This document shows positions 1 through 11,603 of a stretch of 64,000 nt of DNA, in pieces (position 1 is the first letter of the stretch; each line of letters starts with the position of its first letter). A model generated the notes under the pieces. The model was not told the DNA's origin and did not search any database. It saw nothing but the letters and a program-made list of their open reading frames with translations. The position numbers and the translations under genes are program-made. The stretch lies in assembly GCA_051294375.1 (NCBI GenBank), contig CM119263.1, positions 5,206,740 to 5,270,739 on the forward strand, given 5' to 3'. The DNA comes from Paraspadella gotoi. Taxonomy: Eukaryota > Animalia > Chaetognatha.

Positions 1-352
1 ACCCTACTACTTTCTCCGCTACAGGAGAAATCGTCTTTCCGCCGGCGCCAACTCGACCGGCGCTGGCTTCGGCGGCTGCAGCGGCGCTCCCGGCGCCCGG
101 CAGAACACCATCCACGGTCGCGGCTTCGGAGGTCTGCCGCGACAGGAGCTGCCGAAGAGCAAGGGTGAGACGTCGGGAGAGCAGCGGCCTCGGCGACGCA
201 GCATCGCGAAAGGAAAAAAATCGCGGAGAGAAAAATCTATGGGATCCGCGATTGAAGAGAAAAGGAGAAGAGTTTTGGCAGAAAGATCGTAAATGCAATG
301 AATGCATTGAAGAGTGTGAAGTCAACAGAGTTCTGAAAGCAAAGGCGGCCAT
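1..352 (-). CDS. 5' part of a mitochondrially targeted protein running off the window edge; possibly PDSS2 (decaprenyl diphosphate synthase subunit 2)
   Basis: Not in the ORF track because it is open at the edge. ATG at 352 gives MAAFAFRTLLTSHSS...RRLTLALRQLLSRQ...KTISPVAEKVVG, an Arg/Ser/Leu-rich presequence. The terminal AEKVVG resembles PDSS2 AEKIVGYP. A TTTTCAG acceptor lies 10 nt upstream of the ATG. Confidence 0.55.
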   Translation of the reverse strand, partial: MAAFAFRTLLTSHSSMHSLHLRSFCQNSSPFLFNRGSHRFFSPRFFSFRDAASPRPLLSRRLTLALRQLLSRQTSEAATVDGVLPGAGSAAAAAEASAGRVGAGGKTISPVAEKVVG

Positions 353-477
353 TTTCTCATCTCTGAAAATGTAAAATCGACTTAAAAATAGGACGGCGAA
401 TTGCGTGTACAAAAAAGGATGAAATAAAATTGGAACAAGGTATAACAAATATCCAAAACAATTTTTTAAAATATGGT

Positions 478-1590
478 TCACAAGGTTTCTTTGTCATTGG
501 AAAGTCTTTTGCTACGTCGACGATCGGAAATTTCTATTTTCGTCTCCCGTTTCTTGGATTTTCGCATCAGCCCTTTGGTTTTTACGTCCTTCTCTACTTT
601 CATAGTTTTTATTTCGTCGAGGTCAGTTTCAATTTTCTCCATTTTTACATTTCCTATATCGTCTTTTTCGCTTTTGATCTTTTTAACTTTATCCTTTTCC
701 ACTTTAAATTTCTTCTCATCTCCCTCCCCTTTTGCCATCTTTCTCCTCGTCTTCGCCCCCTCTCCTCCGTCCCCTTTGGGCGCCAAAGGCCCCGCATTTC
801 CCAGGAACCAAATGGTTCTCCCTTTTCGATCTTTCATCGATCTCATTCCGTCTCGTCCGTAGCATCGAAGCCAACGACCGAATCCCGAATCCCATTTCTC
901 CTTTGACTCTGAAAAGTATCCTCCTCCTTCGTCGATTCCGATCTCGATCACTTCCTCGGCCAATCCACGAATCAGGTCGAAAACGTCGCCGACGGCCGAC
1001 GCCGCTCCCAACGCCGTCCTGGCGCGCTCGAACGGCGCCGTTCCGAGCTGAAATAGCGCCTCGGCTCTGAGGTAATTGCCGACGCCGTTAAAGAATCTCT
1101 GATCGAGCAAGAGTTCGCAAATGGGCGAGTCAAAGGCCTTTTCTTCCAGTCGTTCGAGAACGCGATCCCGCGCCGCCGCCGTCTCCGTCACGACGCAGGG
1201 TCCCCGCGCCGGATCCCAATCGGCGCCGGGAAACCAGCGACCGAATCGACGGGGGTCGACGAAGCTCAGCGTCTGGAGTCCGTCCTTGGAAAAGAACCGA
1301 AGGTGAGAGTGTTTGGGCAGCGTGTCGGCGGAAGTAAGTTCGAACTTTCCAGACATTCCGAAATGAAAGAGAATGGAGAGGGTGTGGTCGGCATTGTCAA
1401 CGTCCGTCAACGTCATCTTCATCTCTTTTCCTCTCGACTCTGCGTCGATGCGATAATCAACGCAATTCCAAGTTACATCCGGGTTTTTGACGCTGACGTC
1501 GGATTTAACGACAGCTCCACCGAAGGAGACGCGGCGCCCGATCGATCGGACAAGTAATGCCGCCAAGCGGAGCTCAGGACCCTCCGGCAT
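478..1590 (-). CDS. NEIL1: Endonuclease VIII-like DNA glycosylase 1, intronless
   Basis: N-terminal MPEGPEL catalytic motif, FGMSG, H2TH region LLDQRFFNGVGNYLRAE, zincless finger (GRTIWF), Lys-rich tail. Confidence 0.95.
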   Translation of the reverse strand: MPEGPELRLAALLVRSIGRRVSFGGAVVKSDVSVKNPDVTWNCVDYRIDAESRGKEMKMTLTDVDNADHTLSILFHFGMSGKFELTSADTLPKHSHLRFFSKDGLQTLSFVDPRRFGRWFPGADWDPARGPCVVTETAAARDRVLERLEEKAFDSPICELLLDQRFFNGVGNYLRAEALFQLGTAPFERARTALGAASAVGDVFDLIRGLAEEVIEIGIDEGGGYFSESKEKWDSGFGRWLRCYGRDGMRSMKDRKGRTIWFLGNAGPLAPKGDGGEGAKTRRKMAKGEGDEKKFKVEKDKVKKIKSEKDDIGNVKMEKIETDLDEIKTMKVEKDVKTKGLMRKSKKRETKIEISDRRRSKRLSNDKETL

Positions 1591-1712
1591 CCTTTTGCAG
1601 TTTGCGCTGAGTCTTAATAAAATATTATTTTAACTTAATATTCTGTTTATAATCTAAAACATTTATTATTACCCAATACAACTAGCTGGAAATAAAAATA
1701 GACGTTCATACC

Positions 1713-2130
1713 GGATTTAGTCAACGGCCATGTTAGCATATGGATTTTAAATTCGAGTTAAATGAAAAGATCAAATACTAAATCGTTATTTATAGCGACT
1801 TTAGATTTTGCTGACGTTTTTTATTCTTCAACTCCCACTAGTCAAGATTGCTCACTTTTATAGTTAAACTAACTAATAAATGTAAAAGAATTTAAAATAT
1901 TCCGCTCAAATTTTTTCACGAGTTTAAAATTAAGGTATCAATTTTTGGGGAAAAAAAGTTGCAAAAAAAGCTCCTGCAAGGCAAGCACCCCAGTTTTTAT
2001 GATGTAAAGTATTCTTAATTTGTCATATAGGAACATAAACGTAAGGAAATTTTCCAATCATAGTCAGTCAGTTAATAGTAATAACCATTTTCATTTTACT
2101 CCCATTTGAAATCCGTCTACATGTCTAGCT
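1713..2130. mobile_element. Degenerate MITE-like repeat, related to the copy at ~32063-32575
   Basis: Shares blocks with 32063-32575, e.g. CTCCCATTTGAAATCCGT, GCAAGCACCCCAGTT (inverted) and GATCAAATACT (inverted). Imperfect inverted ends GGATTTTAAAT..GAGT / ACTCCCATTTGAAATCC. Confidence 0.5.
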
Positions 2131-2757
2131 ACTACTCAAAACTAAAATTTTTTTTATATCAATTTTGCAAAATTTGGTAGTGAATCAACGATTTTTTATT
2201 ACTACGCATGAATACTTGCGGAATGCATCGAAAATTTGAAAAAGAATACAGTATTTTGAATGATCAGTAATATCTAAGATCTAATCACAGATGAACAAGG
2301 AACAGAAGGAAAAAAAAAACCTAGACCCACAACAAGGGATAAAATCAGTGACTAGAATTGGAGCGTTAAAAAAGCTTGACACAATCCTTATAAAGTTGAT
2401 AGAGAGCAGTCACAAAATCAGTGAATATCATGAGAATCTTCGGTCTTAAAAAAAAACATTAAATGCCAATATTGCAAGAATTTTTCGAACCAACTTGTTG
2501 CCGAATTTTTCAAATTTTGATGTAAAATCTGAAGGTGACAAGTCGTGCCTTTAAAAATTAGTAATAAAATAATCACATAAATAAATATTACACATTTCCA
2601 TAATAAAAACGGCTGAAATGTTTTAAAATTAAAGATCATTAATCAAATTAATTTAAAACTTAATAAAACGGAATAACAATCATTCTGACTTGGAAACTAT
2701 AAAGATTAGTTTGAGGCAACTATCGTCTCATTTTTGACAAAGGGTCTGATAACATGG

Positions 2758-5481
2758 TCACATGATTCCCGCGATGTCCCAGATTTTGATGATTCGATCT
2801 CTGCCGACGGAAACAAGTTTGCGTCGCGCCTCTTCAAGAAACAAGTGGGAGATGGAATGCTTGGCGTCGTGGAAAGAGGCGCGGGGTTGGAGATCGGGCG
2901 GCGTCAGCTCGGAGAAGCAGTCCTTACAGATCCGAACTCTGGGGTTTGATTTGATTAGGGGGGAGAGAAAAAAGAAAGATTTAAAATTGGGATGATCATT
3001 CTCGAATTCTAAATCTGAGGCCAAGATTGAAAAGGATGATTAAAATCTTCTGGAGGGACAGGAAAAAGGCACAGAATGAAAATCGTACAAGAATTGAAGA
3101 TATTTTATTTTGTGACATCATCTTTTATTGTGCAAAAACGGAAAAAACCGTTTCCAAAGCTTTAAGCAAACTCGATGAAAATAAAAAACCTGAGCTCGTA
3201 GCCCATGACAGGAAGCGGAGATCGATCGCTAGAGCAGCTGTCACATACGGCTCTACCGCATTTCCTGCAATGGTGCTGCCGCTTTCCCACTGTCTTATCC
3301 TCAAACATTTTTTTGACGGCCCAAAAGAATGGAGAGTTACAGCGCTGGCAAACGTCGCTTTCTGCCCACTGAGGTGTCTGGAAAAAGAGGTTAGATCGTG
3401 ACATTATGAAAAGAAGGCGATTTTTCTTCATACAAAGGAGGAGATAGAATACCTCTTGTCGTTTGGCCGCAATGTCCCAAAATCCCAAAACGCTGTCGTC
3501 CCCTGCGGAAATGATCGTTCTCGACGACGGGGAATATGCGAGCGCCAAAACTCTCCCACTGATGAAACAAAACGTTAATAATAACAAATAATTAAAACTA
3601 TAGCAGAATAAATTAACAATGACTCGCTTGTGGCCCTGCAGTTCGTAAGCGGTGCCCTTCTGACCCCCGATGTCCCACACAACGATGAGAGAGTCAACGC
3701 CGGCGCTGAAGAGCAACTTCCGCTCTGCATCCCACGAGAGGCGCTGGATGGCGTGGGCGTGACCACGGAGGGTTGTGACCACTTCCGGCTGGGAAGAGGG
3801 CGGAAAGAGAAAGTTTTTTTTTATTCACATAATTAGTTCATCCTTGTTCAATGTTCATCCTTGTATCTTTTTTTTATCATTGGCTTCCCTAAGGAACCAC
3901 GTAAGAATTGACGAGATGGTAGGACTTGAGAAACAGAATTAATTTGCTTTGGGTCGCCCAAGAAAAATACAAAAGATTGTGGCAACATGATTTAAAGCTG
4001 TCTCACTGCTGTCCGTCCAAAGCCTCGTCTCAATGGCTGAGTAGGCTAAATTATCTCGTTTCAACCGTGCGTCCCGGGTTCAATCCCTGGGTATCCCGGT
4101 TCTGTTTAAACATGCCAGTGATAGGAGGCGGTCACTGAGGGTCCGCAGGCTCTACGCAGGGTTGGCGAGATACCCCGCGCTCCGGGTATAACAGGAAATT
4201 CTCTCGTTGCCATAAGATATTATTTGTGGTCCCTCAATTTAGACACAGCAGCAGAACATGGCGAGATATCATTCCCACCTATATTTTAAACCACATAAAA
4301 GCGTTCGGTTATGAACTGTGGCGAATTCTATTGCCTTCCGTATAGCTTGGTGAAACTCAGCTCATCCCATTGGCTTGGACAGCTAAGTACTCGTTCACCA
4401 ATCGTGAGTTCCGGGTTCAATCCCCTCACGGTTACGCTGGTTAAAGTGTGATGGTGTCGGCATAAACATGGGGTGGTCACTGCAGGACCAAAACCCTGAG
4501 CGCCAGCTGTCGGGAGATGCCTCACACCCCGGGCATCACACATGTCTCCCCTTTGCCATAAAACGTTAGTTTCATCTTAAGCCGCAACCAAAGAATGTGA
4601 GAATGCCGACCTGATTCTGAACGATCTTGAGGACGGTGACGTGTCCGTTGAAGTCACCGAGAAAGGCGTACTTGGAAATCTCGTCAAAGGCGAGGGCGGT
4701 GATCCAGGCGGGCGATGGGTTGGAAAAAGAGCCCAAGGTTTGCCCCGTTTCGGAGCAGTGCCACTTGAATAACTTGTCGCGAGAACTGAAAGGAATCGAT
4801 TATTTCAATTACAATCAATCAATCAATGGTTCAACACAAATCACAAATTACTCACACGGACAAAACAATTTCGGCCGCGACTGAGACGGCGACGTCATTG
4901 ACTCTTTCCCTGTGGGCGAGGATGTCGCGAACCAAACTCATCGAATTGAAATCCGGCGCCAATTGGAACACAGAGACTGTCCCGTTCTGCTGGCCCACGA
5001 TCAGGCGTCGAGTGCCAGGCTCGAAGGTCAAACAGGTGGCGGCGGATGGGAGAAAGTGGCAGATGGAAGGCCAATGCTGACCAGAATCTCGCTTTTGCCA
5101 AACGCGGATCGACCTTTTTTTTCCAGATTTTGGGTAAAGAAGAGAAAACACGGATTCTTTACTTTTAGCATAAAAAGATAAAATAAATTTATCTTTTTCA
5201 AAATGTAACAAAATGAAAAAAATTATCCCTGCGATGAAGCAGAGTGAGTTTCTTTCAAACTTTCTTTCTTCCCCTTCCTTCCCCCATTCCTCCTTCATTT
5301 TCTCCTCTTCCGCTTCCCCCCACCTGTCCTCGCAGACAGAGATGACGCCGTCGTCGCGAAAGAGGACGGCGCCGTTTATCTCGTCCGGCGATCCCTCGAT
5401 CCGGCTGATGAGCACCGGCTTTCGCCCGCCGGAAAAGGCTCCCGAGAGCCCGGGATTTTTCTTAATCTCGGTCGTCGCCAT
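2758..5481 (-). CDS. WDFY2: WD repeat and FYVE domain protein (WDFY1/2 family), multi-exon
   Basis: Exons encode KPVLISRIEG, SIRVWQKRDSGQHWPSICH, WD repeats, FYVE motif WAESDVCQRC...RQHHCRKCGRAVC...VRICKDC and a final DRIIKIWD. GT-AG introns are traceable. Confidence 0.92.
3978..4214 (+). mobile_element. Solo LTR, family A (structured, tRNA-like A/B boxes), in a WDFY2 intron
   Basis: TGTGGC...GTTGCCATA termini with 4-bp TSD AGAT. A-box-like TGGCTGAGTAGG (4034) and B-box GGTTCAATCCC (4077). Homologous to 17177-17433. Confidence 0.8.
4317..4560 (+). mobile_element. Solo LTR, family B
   Basis: TGTGGCGAAT...TTGCCATA, flanks GAAC/AAAC, B-box GGGTTCAATCCC, 3' GAGATGCC..GGGCATCACA hairpin. Homologous to the copies at 11931 and 12162. 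Confidence 0.75.
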
Positions 5482-6384
5482 TTTTTATTGCAGAAGGAAA
5501 AAGGAGGGAGGTGGAAGGGGAAAAAGGCTGGCGAAGAGAGAGAGAAGGGGCCGCGTCGAATGTTACAGGATTCGCATCATGAACAATGAACAATTTGGTT
5601 TTGATCGTTACAAGTCATCGAAAATCAAGTGTGCATCTGAAAGTTAGCAATATGTTTGAAAAAAAGAATCATTTGATGGCCATATTATTTGCGTATAACA
5701 ATTAAATTATTTTTCATTGTTGTCGACAACGAGAGATCGGATTTTTAAGCACCATTTATACATTTACAACTTTCGGGTAACAAGAAATGAGAAAAAAAAC
5801 TGCAAAACTGCCGGTTGGCCTAGAAGGCTTGAAGATCCGCCGACCCTCGGACACCCTGTTGCCTTTGCCTATAGTTCCGATTCGGATAGAAGATTTGATT
5901 TCCGATGGAAAATATAAACGTAGGTATTTCTCCCCGCTTTTTTAGAGTCTTTGCAAATAAAATTTCAATCGTCTGTAATTAAAATCGATTGTTATAACTT
6001 ATACTGGGCTTACCATTCTTCGTATGATAGATAACACACCTTAACAAGACCAACATATGACTATGGTTCATTTGGCGCTAAGCAGAAAGCTTGGAGCGAG
6101 TATCATGATTTATGTTTTATTAGTGAAAAATAATGACGCATTTGATTGCAAATTAAAGGAAAAAAATGATTTAAACGAAAAAAAACAAACAAAACAAATG
6201 GCCATCTTGAAAACAAGGCGCCACTCCTGCTCGCTCCAAGCCGACCGCCAGAAAAAGTCCTGAGATGCGTAAAATGAATCACTGGATATAATAAAAAATT
6301 TCAACCTAAAACATTCACAGAGTCTGTGACATAAAATTAACTTCAACCGCACACTGAACCAAAAAACCGTTCGCTCCCCGATTG

Positions 6385-8019
6385 TTAAAAGTTCCGATGC
6401 AACATCTTCTTGGTCAAAGCAGCTAGGGCGCGGCGATGGTTTGAGTCTTTGAATCGCTCCAAATTTTTCATGGCCTCGTCGGAAAACTTGGCCGCCAAAA
6501 ACCGAGTCTGTTGGATTCCGTCGCTCGTCCGGACGCATTCGAGGGCGGAGGCGACGTCGCCGGGTTGAGAGAAACGCCGCACGATGAGCGGTTCCAGGTC
6601 GGGATGCCGGTCCAGGGCGAAGAGGACCGGCGCCGTGGCCAGTCCAAGGCGAAGGTCCGCGGTGGCCGGCTTCCCCAGCGTCGCGTCGGTTGAGACGAAG
6701 TCGAGGAGATCATCGATGAGTTGGAAGGCGATGCCGATGTTGCGACCAAACTGGAAGGGGAGGGAAGATGTGAATACTTAATCTACAAGGTGAAACCTTT
6801 CACTTTTCACTCACAAACTCTGATCAAATAATAATAATAATAAATGTAAAGTGTTTTGTAAACCATTTTCATTTACGTCCATTCTGATAGAAGGGTTGGT
6901 TTGTTTGAAATTGGTACAACCAATAAAACAAATAAGTTAATATGCCCCTGACAAGCTATGGTGGGTTAAAAGGCTCCATCCCATCACTTATTAACGAAGT
7001 GCACATTTAACGTTAGGTTAACGCTCACGCGTACAAAAGCCTACCCAAACAACGCAACAAGACTAAATAATGAACGAGTTCAATTTGACGTTAGGGAAAC
7101 CAAAGGAAACGAAAATAACTTTTTTTATTTTCTATATCCGTCGCCAAAACGCAAATCGTTATCACGCGTCGCTCGAACTAGTCCCGACCTGGAAACCCGC
7201 CTCGATCCTATCCTCGTCGCAATCGGAAAGAACGGCGACGGCCTTGCACGTGTTGGCCAGCAAAGACGCCGTCTTCTTGTAGGTCTTCTCCAAGTAGTGA
7301 TTAAAGCGGAGCGTCTCGTCCGTCTTGGTGCCCAGCTGCATGAACTCGCCGCCGACAAGGTCCTCGACGATCTGTGAGATGAGACGAACGACGAGAGTGT
7401 TACCTGTTCTGGAGAGGCAGCCAGAGGCGACGGAGAGGACGTAGTCGCCCGTGACGATGGCTTTGGTTTCTCCCCAGAGGTGATTGATGGTCGGGCTCCC
7501 GCGACGCAGATTGGCTCCGTCGATGACGTCGTCGTGGATGAGCGACGCCGTGTGGATCATCTCGGCGATGCGACACACGGCCAATTGTTTGTCGCCGATG
7601 AGCCGGACGACGTCGTCGTCTGTCAACGTCGGATCCGCTGTCTTATTACTGGCGACAGCGAGGAGGTAGACGATCTGCGGCCGAACGTACTTCCCCTTTC
7701 CGTCAAAGAGGTAATGAGAAAGTCTCTTCAAGTCGGCGATGTCGGTGTTTAGCTCTTCTTTGATGTCGTCACAGAGAGAAGCCAAGAAATCGCGACAGAG
7801 TTCCGACGGATTCTCCAGCGGCACCGGATCCTCGTCGACCAAGCGGGGCGCGCCCTCTTGGCAGGTACGGTTCGCCGGAGCGTCGCTCACGGCGTGAACG
7901 CGCCGCCGGAAAGTGGACCGAGCGGGAAAACCTGTCCGTTGGGCGGCCAAAAGGCTCGCACGATATATCGGGAGGGTAGAGGCGCATCTCTGGCAAGTTA
8001 ATTTTAATATTGGAAGCAT
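6385..8019 (-). CDS. PDSS1: Decaprenyl diphosphate synthase subunit 1, 2 exons (8019-7189, 6750-6385)
   Basis: GKGKYVRP, EMIHTASLIHDDVID (FARM), KTYKKTASL, GIAFQLIDDLLD (SARM), ADLRLGLATAPVLFA; N-terminal presequence. Confidence 0.93.
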
Positions 8020-8308
8020 TACTCAGAAGACTAATCTGTTGTTCCTATTACATGACCATATCGGATTGACTTCAAGCCTCTGAAGAATTTAGAAAATCAT
8101 AATTGTATTCGAGATTTGGATCAATAAAATTGTAAACAATTTCGTAGAAAATAAAACCCCGCAATGGGTAGAAGTGAGAAATATAAATTCTCTTGATGTT
8201 GGTGGTTCCCATTCAACCTCCCCCCCCCAAAAAAAAAAGTTTCCGCAAAATCATTGAAAAAAAAGTTTCCATCGTCGAATGTTGCACTTGAAAGACTAAG
8301 GCCTTGAG

Positions 8309-8776
8309 TCAGCCACACTTGGTGATCCCGATGACTCCGCAGGCGAGGCGTTCCCCGGAGTTGCCCGTGATCTTGCTCTTTTCTCCGCAGCCGAGGCCGA
8401 GGTCGTCTTCGTCGGCGTGGACGACGACGGTGCGACCGACAATGCTCCTCGGACCGCAGAGTGAGATCTCTTTGTCGGAGAAGTTGATCCTGGCGATGCC
8501 GTTGCAATCCGCCTCCACGTTTCCCAGATCGCCGACGTGGCGATCGCAGGCGTCCGGCCCGCCGTGGCACTTGTTCTCCGGGTTGAAGTGGGCGCCGGCG
8601 GTGGTGCACCCGTTGGTGTTGTCACCGAACTCGTGGATATGGAAGCCGTGAAGACCTTGTGTCAGGCCGGCGATCTCCCCGGTGATTTGGACCGGGCAGT
8701 TGGGCGTCTCCTGGGACATTCGGACGACGCCCCTGACGCAGTCGCCGGCCAAAACGCAGACGGCTTTTAGAACCAT
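8309..8776 (-). CDS. SOD1: Cu/Zn superoxide dismutase, Cys-rich paralog, intronless
   Basis: [51 protein letters not shown]; all Cu/Zn ligands and the catalytic Arg are present. Confidence 0.95.
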   Translation of the reverse strand: MVLKAVCVLAGDCVRGVVRMSQETPNCPVQITGEIAGLTQGLHGFHIHEFGDNTNGCTTAGAHFNPENKCHGGPDACDRHVGDLGNVEADCNGIARINFSDKEISLCGPRSIVGRTVVVHADEDDLGLGCGEKSKITGNSGERLACGVIGITKCG

Positions 8777-8976
8777 GTCGACGGTTTGGACTTAAAACTG
8801 ACGGCGATTGGTTGATAATTTTGTTTTTATTGATTAAAAAAGATGCCCTTGAAAAATCATAATCAGTAAAGTCAATTTTTAAAGGTCATAAGAAAGCCCG
8901 AAAACTTAATTTACCGATAAATTTGTAAACAAAAAAAAACCAACATATTCTTGATTCAGTTTTTTTCTCCGAAGCT

Positions 8977-9438
8977 TCACTTGCAGACTCCGATGACGCC
9001 GCACGCGATTCTGGCGCCAGCGTTTCCGGTGGTGAGACTAAGCTCGTGATCTCCTTTGCCTAGATCATCCGCGTTGGCGTGAACGACGACCGTGCGACCG
9101 ATGATGCTTTCGGGTCCAGAGAGAGTGATGCCTCCGTCTTTCTTAATGACGAATGCCACACCCTCATCGCCGGCGACGACGTTCCCGAGATCCCCGGCGT
9201 GGCGCTCCTCGTCTTCCGGCGCCCCGTGCTGCTTGTCGCGCGGATTAAAGTGGGCGCCGGCAGAGGTGCAGCCGTTGGTGTTGTCGCCGAATTCGTGGAC
9301 GTGAAATCCGTGACGACCCTTGACGAGTCCCTTGATCTCTCCGTCTAGTTTGACCTCCGACTCGGGCGCCTCTTGAATGAAGTGAATGGCACCCTGCACC
9401 TCCTCGCCAACCAAAACGCATACGGCTTTCAACGGCAT
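8977..9438 (-). CDS. SOD1: Cu/Zn superoxide dismutase, canonical paralog, intronless
   Basis: MPLKAVCVL start, [37 protein letters not shown]. Confidence 0.95.
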   Translation of the reverse strand: MPLKAVCVLVGEEVQGAIHFIQEAPESEVKLDGEIKGLVKGRHGFHVHEFGDNTNGCTSAGAHFNPRDKQHGAPEDEERHAGDLGNVVAGDEGVAFVIKKDGGITLSGPESIIGRTVVVHANADDLGKGDHELSLTTGNAGARIACGVIGVCK

Positions 9439-10024
9439 CTCGTAATACAATTCCACTTAAAAAATTGGACTGGTGTCTAAAAAAACAATTAAGGGGTAAA
9501 ATTTTACATTCACTATCGATAATTTTTTTCTGATTCTTATTTGCACAAAAAAAAGGTTTTTTGAATATTACAGCAATCACCCTTAAGCCTAACCGCCTCA
9601 AAAACCAACTACCCCTAATCACCCCTAACCACCACTAAGCTTAAATACCCCTCACCATAACCAAACCTTACTTTTTTCCTAGTATTAAACCACGGTAATG
9701 TGTAAATAGAAAAATAACCGACTGGCTTGGTTCCAGTCAGCGAAAGTAAAATAGTGCCAGTTAAGGTATACCGTATAAAGTTATAGAAGAGTAAAGAGTA
9801 TAAAAAACCACTTTAATACGAATCAAGAATTTTTTTCAACAAGAACAATATTTGCGAGAAACTTGACGAAAAGAAAAAAAGTTTTTTCTTGTTGAATATA
9901 ACGGAAATATATTTAACAACAAAGCCTATAGAGCATCACAGCGATTTCGTTTTCTTAAGACGTATTTGTTTATTTTTCGAAGATTATGTAGAAACGTACA
10001 AAGAAAATCCTAAAAAAATGATTT

Positions 10025-11048
10025 TCATTTGTTCGTGAATGTGATGAGATGAGCTTGGAGATCGAACCTCGTCAGCCCAGCATCCTTCCACTTATCCAGT
10101 CCGTCTCTCGTCTCCAACAGAGAAAGATCTAACTCGGGACCAAAGAGTTTAACGAGTTTGGCGTGAGTGAAGGCGTGGGGCGTCCGGTTCCATTCGTGTT
10201 CGTCGTAATCGTAAGACTCGAGGAGATAACGACAAGACGGAGACATGATCGACCGCATGAGAGCTACGTATCTGAGGCCGAGAGCGAAGATGGCGTTGAA
10301 TGCATAGTTTTTTCCGGATATTTATTAATTAAAACTGAATATTGAATCGTCTCACCGAACTCTGTCTTCCTTGTTGACGGCGACGAGCGAACCTCTGTCC
10401 CAAATCCCGTCTATCAACTCGTTTTCGAATTCATTTTGAAAACTGAACAGGTCACCCTGGTAGCATTTGAACCTATCATTTTCTCCAGAATAAAGCTTTA
10501 GATCGCCGCATTGCTTGATTTCGGTGATTGGAATGTTAGCTTCGGCAAATAGTTCGCGAACGGTCGGCTCGTGAAATTCGAGTCCCACGACTCGATGACC
10601 TGATCAATTGATTAACAATTAGCTGGTTTCATCATTAACTCCCTATTTTCATTTTAAAAAAAGGTCTCCCCGGCTTCCATACTTATAAATTAATCTTTCC
10701 CAGCATAAAACTACCTCTAATAATTAAAATGTAAATCATAATATGGGATAAAAAGCTCCAGGAAATGCTCTATTACCGAGGCCACTTTTAAATATTGTTT
10801 TGGCTATCGAACGGCGTTAATTTTTTAGTCATTAAACCTTGGTCGAGGATCCACTTCATGTCTTTAGTCTTTCCGCAAAGAGGAACGAAAACCTTGATGT
10901 CTTTTCGCCCATTTACGAAGAGGTCAAAATGAGTCATTAAAGTCGTGTTCACTTCTTGACGATGCCAGCCTGTCTCTCCCGTGTCCCATTGGTGACCCCA
11001 ATCGTCCAATGATTTGTCGACTAGTTTGACGCTAGATTCCGAATCCAT
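10025..11048 (-). CDS. TPMT: Thiopurine S-methyltransferase, multi-exon
   Basis: W..QW..GETGWH, KVFVPLCGKTKDMKW, IWDRGSLVAVN..DR, YLLESYDY...PHAF motifs spread over 3 exons. Confidence 0.9.
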
Positions 11049-11603
11049 TGCGAGAAATCTAAAAATACCCATAAATTATGCAAGAAAATAACGAGATTTG
11101 TCGATGAGAAAGAAACTCCGGAGGATCCTAGAGCCGGACATCAGATGTGAATTTAGCTGTTGAGTACCAAGTAACCATATTCTGGAATGAGGAGAAGGCC
11201 ACGAACTCGAACATTCTTTTTAATTCATCCTCACACATCTGGACGAATCTTCGTCTTCGATCCTTATGCCTGGCTTCATCTTGCAATAAATCAAAAGGGA
11301 GATCTATTGTGAGAGATTCTTATTTCATCTTTAATACACATTTTTAAAAGATTTTAAATACAAATTGAATTTAAATTAACACATTAACGACATAATTCAC
11401 GAACACTCACGACCTACAAAGTTCGGTGGGAACCAAAAAAAAATAGAAAAGCTAAATCACGAGAACTTCTAAAAAGAAAAAGTTCCGAGTAAAAGACGTC
11501 ATGGAATTAGATATGAATATTCTTTTTTCCTCGAATAAAATTCCCAGTTTAATATCATTAATTGATTAAAGCTTCAAAGGCCGACATTTTTTTTCTCTTC
11601 CGT

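Noticed and set aside
4034-4090. Possible tRNA genes at the GGTTCAATCCC motifs
   Set aside because: No complete cloverleaf or acceptor stem; the motifs are internal to TSD-flanked repeats.
9580-9670. CCCTAA-like degenerate repeats
   Set aside because: Too irregular for an interstitial telomere or telomerase template; probably TE-derived low-complexity sequence.
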